From an uncultured delta proteobacterium (GTDB taxonomy: Bacteria; Desulfobacterota; Desulfomonilia; Desulfomonilales; Desulfomonilaceae): a stretch of DNA of 64,000 nucleotides. The notes under the pieces were generated by a model. It was not told the origin of the DNA, ran no database searches, and was given only the letters and a program-made list of their open reading frames with translations. Below, in pieces: positions 1 through 9,799 of the stretch; the stretch's first letter is position 1, and the number at the start of each line of letters is the position of its first letter. The translations under genes were made by a program, and so were the position numbers. The stretch is from positions 352,001 through 416,000 of the forward strand of contig CAWBKB010000001.1 of the NCBI GenBank assembly GCA_963789265.1. Direction: 5' to 3'.

Positions 1-5
1 AAGGT

Positions 6-52
6 GACCGGCAAGATGCCGGTCCTACTATACCAACCGGCAAGATGCCGGT
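6..52. repeat. Two tandem REP-like palindromes (accggcaagatgccggt)
   Basis: Identical 17-mer at 7-23 and 36-52, each folding as accggca/tgccggt around a 3-nt loop. Confidence 0.75.
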
Positions 53-118
53 GGCTGCTGTAAAATTCGGAGTGAGGTCAAAATCGTGGCACGAATGGGA
101 TTTGCTTATGTCGAAATG

Positions 119-213
119 CCCTCACCCCACCCCCCTCCCAGAGGGAGAGGGAGCATGACCAGAGCGGTTTTGCGCTTCCCTCGCCCTCAGGGAGAGGGAC
201 CGAGGGTGAGGGG
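119..213. repeat. Inverted pair of boxC-like REP elements
   Basis: ccctcaccccacccccctcccagagggagaggg at 119-151 and a reverse-oriented relative at 178-213. Confidence 0.65.
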
Positions 214-431
214 ATTCGTGCTCCGATTTCTGCTCGTTCCACGAATTCTGCAACAGTTTCGCCGGTCCTACCAGCAGTCTCTGGAATGATGATTGCTTGG
301 TCATCGCATTCCAGCTACCATGTTCGTGCTACCGCAAACCGTACATGAAAGTTCTTGCCGGAGGGTCCGGGAACCGGCTTCTTTCAAGAAGCGGGTTCCC
401 GGAATTCTTCCTTCTTCCGCTCCTCCCCATA

Positions 432-1611
432 TCACGGAATTCTTATCTCCAGGACAGAGAAATCATCCTCAAGCGTTTCTGAGCCTGCGATTTGCCGTAC
501 GTGCGCCCACAGATCGTCCATGGTCGATTTGCCCCGGTCACCCGAATCCTCCAAGTAGGCCTTCAGGTCGTCGAACTCCCAACAGGCGCCGTTTTCATTC
601 ATGATCTCATATACGCCATCGCTAAAAACATAGAGCCTAGCCGCAGGTTTGATCTGTACCCGGTCATATTCGAAATCTATGCCGTCCAGAACCACCTATA
701 ATCATGTTCGGCGTTCTCAGTTCCATAATCTCTGAGGCGTTCCCGGCTGTGTCCTGAATCAACAGGGCCGGCGGGTGCCCTCCGCTGGCATAGGTCAAAA
801 GGCGAGAAGAGCCATTGTACACGCCGTACCATATTGTAAAGTACATGCCCTGGTGGTTATCCATGGGAAAAACGGCATTAAGGCCAGCCAGAACTTGATC
901 CGGTTTCCGAAAATCGACATTCTGCAAGTTCTTGGAACGGAGGACATTGAGCACAGACACTGAATGTAGTGCTGCTCCCACTCCATGTCCGCATACGTCA
1001 ATCAGGTAAATCGCGAACGAATCGTCATCGAGCCAGTGGTACCCTAAGGAGTCTCCTCCAAGGCTGGTGCATGGCACAAAACGCCAGTCGGCCTGCAAAG
1101 GTCCCTCCGTGATCGGTTGCGGTAGTATGAACTTGACGTATTCGGCAGCCTCGGCAAGTTCGCTATTGAGCATCCCGAGCACAGTCTCGAGCTTTGACCG
1201 CTGAATTGCCTCAACGTCACGCAGTATCTTTAGCTCCAGGTGGGCCTTAACCCTCGCTTTTACGACAGGAATGCTAAACGGCTTTGTAATATAGTCCACT
1301 GCGCCCAGCTCAAATCCCAGGGTTTCGTCTTCCACCTCGGTTTTGGCGGTTACGAAGATGATCGGGATGTGTTGTACTTGCTCGTCAGCTTTGAGTCTAC
1401 GGCACACTTCGTATCCATCCATCCCCGGCATCATGATATCCAGGAGAATGAGATCGGGCTTCGGTTCTGCCATAGCCATTTTGAGGGCCTTCTCTCCATT
1501 GATTGCCGCCACAATTGTATACTGATCCTTTAACGTCTCCATCAGCACCTGGATGTTTTCCGGCGTGTCATCCACGATCAGGACTTTGGGTTTTCGCCCG
1601 CCTTCCACCAT
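432..1611 (-). CDS. Response regulator, REC + PP2C/SpoIIE (RsbU-like) phosphatase; one frameshift near 693
   Basis: REC motifs (VLIVDD, LLDIMMP, ITKP); PP2C motifs GGD and DVCGHG in 664-1611; FSDG and EDD in 432-695. Removing one G rejoins ...NMIIG-VLDGIDFEYD. Confidence 0.85.
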
Positions 1612-1628
1612 TATCTCCCTTTCCGTAG

Positions 1629-4600
1629 CTATATTTCCAGCTTCTCCGCAATGGTCTCCAAGCTTTTCAAAGCACTGTCCGTATCAAAGCTTTCGACTTG
1701 CTTTTCCAGCCGTTTGAATTCTTCATGAACCGATGAATTCGCCAGGCGGCCATTCAAAGCTTCAAGCCGGTCCATGGCTTGGGTCAGATCGCTTTCCAGA
1801 AGCTGAGCTATTTCCCGGAGCAGAGTTTTTACTACTTCCTTATCGACATGCACCTCAGCTCCGGACTCTCTGGGCATTTGCCGGGCGGTCAGTCTCTCCT
1901 CGACTACTCTTATTCCATCCATCACAACTCTTAACTGAGAACCGAACTGTGTCATGAAAAGATCCAGGTTTTGTTTGCCTTCCCCGATCGCTTTCTCCAA
2001 GTCGGCCGCGGCCTGGTAGAGGTTGTCCCCACCGAGGTTTCCGGAGACTCCTTTTACCGTATGAGCAAGCCGGGCTGCCGTTTCCACATCGCCTGATTGG
2101 AGAGCAGCTTTGATATGCTCGACCGCGTTTTCCTGGCCGTCCTTGAACTTGCACAGGAGCTTGGTATAGAGCTGCTTGTTTCCGCCTACTCGTCCGAGAC
2201 CGGAGGCTATGGAAATCCCGGGTAACTCAGAAGGGAGGACTTCCTCTACCTTCTTACCCTCACTCAACGACTCATACTCGCGCTCCGGCATCTCTCGATC
2301 ACCCGGCTTGATCCATTTTACCAGTGCAGATATAAGCTGATCCGGATCAATGGGCTTTGTTACATGATCATTCATGCCGGCTTCAATACTTTTCTCGCGG
2401 TCACCCGCCATAGCATGGGCAGTCATGGCGATGATCGGCAAATCTTTGAACCTCTCATCCCTGCGAATCTCCTGAGTCGCCTCAAATCCTCCCATTACCG
2501 GCATTTGTATATCCATAAGCACCACGTCAAAATTAGCTGCCCTCACCATCTCCACGGCCTGTTTCCCGTTGTCGGCAATTCGCACAACCAATCCCGCCTG
2601 CTGCAAAATTTCCTCAGCAACCTGTTGGTTGATTTCATTATCTTCGGCCAGCAACACCATTGCCCCTCGAATATTTCGCAGCCTTTCCTCATGACTGTGA
2701 CTAACCCGAGCAATGGCCTCACTCTCGGGAGCTTCCTTTCCAAAAGCGACCATGATTGCGTCAAAAAGCACAGATTGGCCCACTGGCTTAAGAAGAAAGC
2801 CGTCCACTCCCACTTTTTCGGATTTCTGCATGACCTCTTCACGACCGTAGGCAGTTGCGATGATAATTTTGGGCGTCTCAGTCAGGCTCGGGTGCTTCTT
2901 GATCAACGCGGATGCTTTGATCCCGTCCATACCGGGCATTTTCCAGTCCATTACTACCAACTGATAGGGACGGGCTCCGGCTTCCTTTTCCAACTCCGCT
3001 ATGCCTTCCTCGGCAGAAGCTGCCGGGGTCACTTCAAAACTCATGGTTTCCAGCAGAGACTGCAGAATCTCCCTGGATGACGCATTGTCGTCCACCACCA
3101 GGACCCTCATGCCCCGCAAGTCCACTGACGGTTCCAGGTGCCTTCTTGAGAACCATCCTCGCCAAACCGAATTTTGCCGTGAATATAAACTCGCTCCCCT
3201 TTCCAGGCTTCGCTCTCAACCCAGATCTCCCCTCCCATCATATTGACTAACCGCTTGGAGATGGTAAGCCCGAGACCGGTCCCTCCATATTTTCTGGTGG
3301 TGGACATGTCTGCCTGGCTAAAGGCTCGAAACAGTTTCCCCTTCTGCTCTTCAGTCAGGCCGACACCGGTATCTCGAACGCAGAACTGAAGCGTGACCGA
3401 CGTCTCATCTTTCTCCGCCACCTTGGCGGCAATCACAATCTCACCTTCCTGTGTAAATTTCACAGCATTGTTGCTCAGGTTTATCAGGACCTGCCCCAGC
3501 CGCAGCGGATCGCCCACCAGGGCCAGGGGCACATCTTTTGATGTATCCATCAAGAACTCCAAGTCCTTCTCATGCACCTTCACTCCCACCACCGTGGATA
3601 CATTGTCGAGCACTTCGTCCAGGCTGAAATCCACGGACTCCATCTGCAACTTCCCCGCCTCGATCTTGGAAAAATCCAGGATGTCATTGATGATCCCCAG
3701 AAGCGAGTGGGCGGAGCGCTGGATCTTTCTCACGTAGTCCGCTTGTTTGGGTGTCAGCTTTGTCTGAAGAGCCAGATGGGCCATGCCAATCACCGCATTC
3801 ATCGGCGTCCTGATCTCGTGGCTCATGTTGGCGAGGAAATCGGACTTGGCTTTCGTGGCATCCTCAGCTATCTCCTTGGCCCGGCGGATCTGCTCCTCGG
3901 CCTGTTTGCGAGCAGTGATATCTGTGACGAGAGCGAAAGAGCCCGTTTTCTCGTCTTTTTCGTCAAGAAAAGGGGTGGCATTGAACAGACAGGGCACGTT
4001 CACCCCGTCAGACCTTTGCAGCGAAATCTCGTATGCCCCTACCTTTCCTTCCTTTCTTTCTTCGAGTTGGGCAACAAAAATCAGGCGGTTCTCCTCGTCA
4101 ACAAAGTCAAAAATCCTGCGGCCGACGATCTCTTCCTGCCGCCTGCCAAGGATCGTGGACAGCGCGGGGTTGGCGGTCAGGATGACGGTGTCGTTGTCGA
4201 CCAGCAAGAACCCCTCGTTTGCCGTTTCCAAAATCCGGCGCGTTCTGCTTTCACTCTCAGCAAGCGCCTCCACGGCTCGGCGACGTTCGGTGACGTCTCT
4301 AAAGGTAATCACAGCGCCTACAACACCGCCATCCTTATGGATAGGGTTGCTGGAATAGGCTGCGGGAAAGCTCGTACCATCTTTTCGCCACAGGACTTCA
4401 TTATCGACATGGCTTACGGTTCCACCTGAAATGGACTTGTGCATAGGACAATTTTCTTGCGGATATGGAGAACTATCCTCATGAGAATAGTGAATGAGGC
4501 CGTGGAGCCCCTTGCCCTCAAATTCATCCGGTGAGTACCCGAGCACCCGACAAGCAGCGGGATTGACAAAAGTGATCCTGCCGTCCAGGTCCACACCGAT

Positions 4601-5666
4601 GATCCCTTCGCCTGCAGATTCAAGGAGCAGCCTGGTACGCTCTTCCGATTCGCGCAGCTCTTCCGTGCGATCTTTGACCAACTGCTCCAGATGATCCCTG
4701 TATCGTGCGATCTCGCTCCGAGCCATTTCAGCATCCTCGGCCAGGCTCAAAGCAGCGGCCTGGCTGCGACGCAGTTCCTCGGCCCTCCTTTTTATATCCT
4801 CGGTGGCCCGTGAAGCGCGAATTCGATCTAACGAGAGGGAGCCCACGATCTTGGCGAAACCCGACAAAAAGCCAAGAATGCTCGGTAGCTTTGCCTCGTC
4901 CATCATTGGCACTTCCTTGATGGATGCCACATAATCCTCTTCATCGTAACCGAGGTCTCGAGCCTGGCGACGGAAGAAGTCGAGATCGGGTTCCTGTAAG
5001 TGGAACTGGCCGATAAGAATATTGGCCACATGCTTCCCGTCTATGATCAGCGGAGAAGCAGCGTCCGTCAGGCCATTCTTGCATGTATAAATCGTGAAAT
5101 CCTGACCTTCCTTCGAGTCTGGAACCCAGTATTGCGTCGCTTTCGGCACAGCGTTGAGAGGAAATTTCGCCAGCACGATGGAATTGGGTGCAAGCCCGCC
5201 GAAAATTTGCGAATGCCAGCAGGTTGCCGTTGAGGTCCGATATGGCCGAGGCAACTCCGACCGCATCGCAGAAGTGGGCAAGAAGTGTCTGCAAATCCTC
5301 AACATTCAATAAGTCCGCTGCCTCCAAATCTTCAGGTTCCCCTCCTGAGACGGCGTCTCGATCCTTCATGGCCGGGACCGCCTCGTCCAAGGCCGCATCC
5401 TTTTCAATCTGTTCCAGGGATCCGTAAGGCTCGGGCTTGCCGGCAGCCTGGGCCAAGTCGTTAGCTTCTTTTTTCAGATCGAGAATCCGCTGTTCCCTGG
5501 CCATGACCAGGCGATTGAGTCGTTCGAATTCCAGGATTCTTTCCTGCAATTCAGATTGGGCAATGCCGTCCCCTTTCTGCGCCTTGTCGCCGGATTCTTT
5601 CGCTTCAACGGCCGACGGCTCTGTTACAAGAAAGCGATCCTGTTCAGTCATGGTGTACTCCGACAA
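1629..5666 (-). CDS. Hybrid sensor histidine kinase (PocR-PAS-PAS-HisKA-HATPase-REC-REC-HPt); frameshifts near 5112, 3210 and 3143
   Basis: PocR-like CKNGLTDAASPLIIDG; two PAS domains; FLANMSHEIRTPMN; NNAVKFT; DTGVG; GTGLGL; two REC domains; HPt AHTVKG, spread over ORFs 4941-5666, 3107-5305, 3034-3219 and 1629-3125. Confidence 0.85.
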
Positions 5667-5730
5667 TTGTTCGACGATTCTGATGATCTAATGCAAGATA
5701 ATTGGAAATCGCCAAAGTGAGTGTTGCCTC

Positions 5731-5967
5731 ATGAAATCTTATCACGGTTGCGACGGATTACAACGTCAAGCGCTATTGATGGGAGAAGTTCCACGCAGAA
5801 GCGTTGGAGAGATCACCGGCTATCATGAGCGCATGGCGCGAAATGTCATCTCCGATCTCTTGAAAAAGGGATATCTTAAATCTAAAGGCAAACAAAGCCC
5901 TCTGGTGCTCTCCTTCCCGATTGATGCCATAGAGCGTTGGTTTCCAAGGCTCTATACAGCGACTTGA
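5731..5967 (+). pseudogene. C-terminal remnant of a Fic-family protein
   Basis: GEVPR..ITGYHERMARNVISDLLKKGYL..PLVLSFP..ERWFPRLY resembles the C-terminal HTH tail of Fic proteins; no Fic catalytic motif upstream. Confidence 0.55.
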
Positions 5968-5997
5968 TTTACGTTCTGCTAGGAATCAATTATCTTA

Positions 5998-6117
5998 AAT
6001 TCCGGGTACACCATACTCAATTCCCTTTGGGAGTTTCTTTTGGTCCGGGTTTCCGCCTATGAATTCGGGCACACACCATACTTATTTTTTTCGCGTGTGG
6101 CGATAAGATCCTCTACT
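5998..6117. repeat. Two copies of an aattc..acaccatact(c/t)a repeat
   Basis: 5998-6023 and 6061-6087; the second copy plus its downstream cgcgtgtggcgat(a/g)agatc matches 56753-56812. Confidence 0.65.
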
Positions 6118-6320
6118 TGGCAGTGGCAACGTGCGACCGGAAACGTTCTCATTGACCGGAGGCGGTCTGGTGAGTTACGCTCAACAAATTGAAAAAGCGG
6201 GTTTCTTTGGCAAAGGTACGACGTTTTTGTCTCTGCCGGGTCTTGTGGGAGGAGATACAGGAGCCTTTTCGAGGTCAAAGGAACCATCTCTCACCCCTCA
6301 CTGGCACCAAGACGCTTGAA

Positions 6321-8711
6321 ATGGCAAAAGCCTCGCATAATCCCAGTCTAAGCAGGTCAAGTATGCAAAAACATGGTGACCCTTCTTCACCCAGTTCTTA
6401 TAGACCCGACAATGCTACACTATCTCGAGGCGGTTCCACTCCCTCTGGTTCCACTTTCTGGATTTCGTATCTTTTGTGTCTGATCTTTAGTTCACTACTC
6501 TTCACCGGATTGTTCGAGTGGCACATCTATATCGAATTGTTGCACCATGAGGCTATAAGTCTGACTTTCCCTGAACAGGGCGCTCTCTTTTGGCTTTTGA
6601 TCGCGAAATCCATGGTATTGGCCCTTCCGGTCCTAATAGTTGTGGCTGGATTGTTATGGTTGGGATGGAAACGGGCTGCGTCATGGTTTTTCACCGTTAC
6701 CTGGATACTGATTTTCTTTTGGATGATTACGGATCTGCTTTCATTTCGCTTCTCCGGGAGCCATATTGCCGACTATGTTCCCAATATTAAGGACATTCTG
6801 AGTGCTCCCCAGGAACAACAGTGGCAGTGGATGGGTAAAGGCGTTTTGCTTCAAGCTGCTACCGTGTTAGGGGCTGTTTGTCTGATAGCGGGGGGAATGC
6901 TGTTTGTCGTAAAGCGATTTGCGGTTCGGTTCATCAAACGATTCTCGCCTTTGAGAAGTTTCTTAGCCGTCATGGCGCTATACCTATTCATAATTGTCGG
7001 CTTTGTTCCTGCTCTAGCAGCTTTTGCCGGCGATGATTTGCTTCGCATTATTTACGGCCTTTTACCCATGGACACACTCGTGCTGGAGAACAGCGTTGTC
7101 AATGTCAGAGAATTTGAAGGGGCTTCGAACAGTGCCTACGCCGGGACTTCGTCTGAGAAGTCCCAGCTTGGATTGGATGGTCGAAGAAAGAGCGTACGTG
7201 CGCTCACTCTTCAGAACAGAACCAGGGTGACACTGGACTTGACAGGATGGCGACTCCAAGATTCTCTGGGGAGACACTATGATTTGACAGGAATATTGAA
7301 ACCCGGCCAAGGTACACGAGTGTCTCTGTCCGCCCACGAGATCTCCGGTCGCGATTTTCTCGTTATTGACGGTGCCGGCTGGCTACGGTTTCGCGGCAGG
7401 CTAATAGAAGGTGGTTTATTCCCCAAGTTGATCTTGAGCGGACAAAGGTCCGCGGATTGCTTGCCAAATGTAAATGTGGACATTGAGGAAGCGCTATTGG
7501 ACAAGACATGCATTGATGATGCTTTTGATCCGAAGCCCGCGGACTTCTCAGCAGTGCTGTCCAAGAGGCAGCTTCCTAACGTGATCCTTATTACGGTCGA
7601 GAGTTTTCATTTCTCCGCCATTGGACCAGAAATGATGCAAAAGCTTGACCGTATAGCGGACAGAGGTCTGCGCCTCAGCAGGCATTACTCCTCTTCTAAC
7701 ATTTCACAATTGGGCATCTACTCTCTGCTCCACGGCAGAAGCGGGATCACGTACCGCAGCACGCTGCAAAGGAAAACGCCTGCGCAATTATGCTTGTCTC
7801 TCAAACAGTCTGGGTACAGACGTTCGTTCGTCACTAGTGGCGAAATGCGTTCATGGAGACGCATGGACGAAATTTTCAACTCTGTCAATTTTGACAATGT
7901 GGTGAAGCTACCTAACTCTTACGGCAAGAATTGGCTTACAAGCTCGGATGACTGGCCCTCCGACGATCGATGGAAGCTTGGAGAGACATTGCGAATCGTT
8001 TCTCAAAACACTCGGGAACCCAACTTCGTGTTCACATTTTTGATGTCCACGCACTATTCCTACGCGTGTCCTCCCGAGTTCCAAAGGTATACTCCTAATG
8101 ACCTGCCCTCATTCGTGATGTGGTCTCAAAAGGACCTGGGAATACTTCGGAATCGTTACAAGAACACCGCCCTCTTCCTCGAAGATGAGCTGCTCAAATT
8201 TATTAAGAAGTTGGACCTCAAGAAAAACATTGTAATAATAACCGGAGATCACGGCGAGTCTCTTGGGGAAGAGGGGAGCACTGTACACGGTAATCGTAAA
8301 TCCGATGTGCAGTTACGAACACCCCTCGTGATGCTAGGCGGCGACATCCGTCCTCGCAAAGTGCAGTACGCTACAACTCATACGGACTTGCTGCCGACCC
8401 TACTCCATGTTTTGGAAAGGAAGCATGTTCCCGTCGCCCACACGCACGGCCGTGACTTAATCGAAAATGGGCTTAACGAAGATCAGGTCACCGTGACGCC
8501 TTATAAGCATGCGCACAAGGCGGATTGGCTGTTGGTCATAAGTGGCCGGAAGCGCAGTCTTTTCCGCGCTCTCCCAGACGCACCGAAGGGGCCCACAGTC
8601 GGCTTCTTCGTTCATCTGGACGAATCAGGCCGCTCTATGCCCGATTTCTCGTGTGGCAAACGTTCAACAGGGCTGGTCGTACCACTGAAAGAATTGAGAT
8701 CACAGTGGTAA
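6321..8711 (+). CDS. Membrane-anchored sulfatase/alkaline-phosphatase-fold protein (YejM/LtaS-like) with a lamin-tail-like insertion; start uncertain
   Basis: About 5 N-terminal TM segments; PNVILITVESF, STHYSY, TGDHGE and HTDLLPT motifs; LQNRTRVTLDLTGWRLQD...LKPGQ resembles an LTD. Confidence 0.7.
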   Translation: MAKASHNPSLSRSSMQKHGDPSSPSSYRPDNATLSRGGSTPSGSTFWISYLLCLIFSSLLFTGLFEWHIYIELLHHEAISLTFPEQGALFWLLIAKSMVLALPVLIVVAGLLWLGWKRAASWFFTVTWILIFFWMITDLLSFRFSGSHIADYVPNIKDILSAPQEQQWQWMGKGVLLQAATVLGAVCLIAGGMLFVVKRFAVRFIKRFSPLRSFLAVMALYLFIIVGFVPALAAFAGDDLLRIIYGLLPMDTLVLENSVVNVREFEGASNSAYAGTSSEKSQLGLDGRRKSVRALTLQNRTRVTLDLTGWRLQDSLGRHYDLTGILKPGQGTRVSLSAHEISGRDFLVIDGAGWLRFRGRLIEGGLFPKLILSGQRSADCLPNVNVDIEEALLDKTCIDDAFDPKPADFSAVLSKRQLPNVILITVESFHFSAIGPEMMQKLDRIADRGLRLSRHYSSSNISQLGIYSLLHGRSGITYRSTLQRKTPAQLCLSLKQSGYRRSFVTSGEMRSWRRMDEIFNSVNFDNVVKLPNSYGKNWLTSSDDWPSDDRWKLGETLRIVSQNTREPNFVFTFLMSTHYSYACPPEFQRYTPNDLPSFVMWSQKDLGILRNRYKNTALFLEDELLKFIKKLDLKKNIVIITGDHGESLGEEGSTVHGNRKSDVQLRTPLVMLGGDIRPRKVQYATTHTDLLPTLLHVLERKHVPVAHTHGRDLIENGLNEDQVTVTPYKHAHKADWLLVISGRKRSLFRALPDAPKGPTVGFFVHLDESGRSMPDFSCGKRSTGLVVPLKELRSQW

Positions 8712-8720
8712 TGGTGCCTA

Positions 8721-9515
8721 GAGCCGGTTGCAAAACCTCATAAGCATTTTTTCAACGTTACCATGACACATGCGAGTTGGAAGAAAGCAACGAACATACT
8801 GATATGATTCTCATATCTTACAACAATCCGCCGATAGTTCGTGATCTAGCTGAAGGTGCGCTCGACTGTAATTCGTCTCCTGTAGCGATCCCAGAGTCTG
8901 TCATCTTGTCGATTCACATTTCTATGATTCCTGCGATGCGGAACAAGGAGAGTGATCTCAGCCGGCGAGGCAGAGTCGGTATAGCTTCCGAGAGGAACAC
9001 CCTTGCCATCGACCAGTACCAAGCACTTCGATCCCTTTCCCCGCTTGGTCTTCCCGACTCCCGCGCCCCTTTTTTTGCTGGAAAGAAGCTCGCATCCACA
9101 AACACTTCATCCCAGTCCAGGATGCCGTTGTGGTCCAACTCTGAGAGAAAGGCACGCCACATGTCCTTGAGAACATCAGCTTCATACCACTCTCTCAGAC
9201 GCCGCCAACAGGTGGAAGGGTGCGGATACTTCTTTGGAAGATCTTTCCACCGGGCTCCCGTCCTGAGTATCCAGAGTATCCCTTCGAAGACCAACCGATC
9301 ATCCGCCGGGGGCCGCCCTCCCTTGGGATTCTTGGGGCGTTTGGGGATTAACGGCTCGATCTTCCTCCATTGCTCATCTGTCAGATACACCACTCGATCT
9401 TTCACCGGATTTACCTCCGGTGAGTCATATATACAACAAATATCGGGAGAACAACTACTTAATTCATTCGCGATATCGCGCGCTTAACACTGAACCAAGG
9501 TTTTGCAACCGGCTC
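8721..9515 (-). mobile_element. IS5-family (IS427-like) insertion sequence, defective
   Basis: Perfect 18-bp TIRs gagccggttgcaaaacct (8721-8738) and aggttttgcaaccggctc (9498-9515), flanked by TA within a CTAG context. Confidence 0.9.
8738..9405 (-). pseudogene. tnp: IS5 transposase orfA/orfB with -1 slippery site, internal deletion and in-frame stop
   Basis: orfA has LTDEQW, GILWILRTGARWKDLP; A7G4 slippery run near 9066-9076; orfB reads GKTKRGKGSK..VDGKG..VERTFS*..RY with TAG at 8846-8848. Confidence 0.85.
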
Positions 9516-9730
9516 TAGTAAAAAAAAGAACTGTTTCCCGAAGTACACACTTGCCCTCCATAGGAAAATCAGTTTACAATAATGTAATATTGGAAAGTAC
9601 GGTTGGGGGTGTTTCTTAAGGGTTACAATTAGCCGTCATCTCACGTTTTATATATGTTAAGAAATCCCTTGGATGTCCCCCATGTCCAGTCCTAAAGCGC
9701 CTTTTATAGACTGGACCTTGCTGGTTATTG

Positions 9731-9747
9731 TTGGCACATAATTTGCT
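9731..9747 (+). promoter_or_regulatory. Sigma54 (-24/-12) promoter
   Basis: TTGGCAC-ataat-TTGCT with GG and GC 12 bp apart, about 50 bp upstream of ATG 9800. Confidence 0.7.
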
Positions 9748-9799
9748 CTGAACCCGATGAATTAATTTGCCGCCCTGTCCAGGGGCAAGTCAGGGTCCC

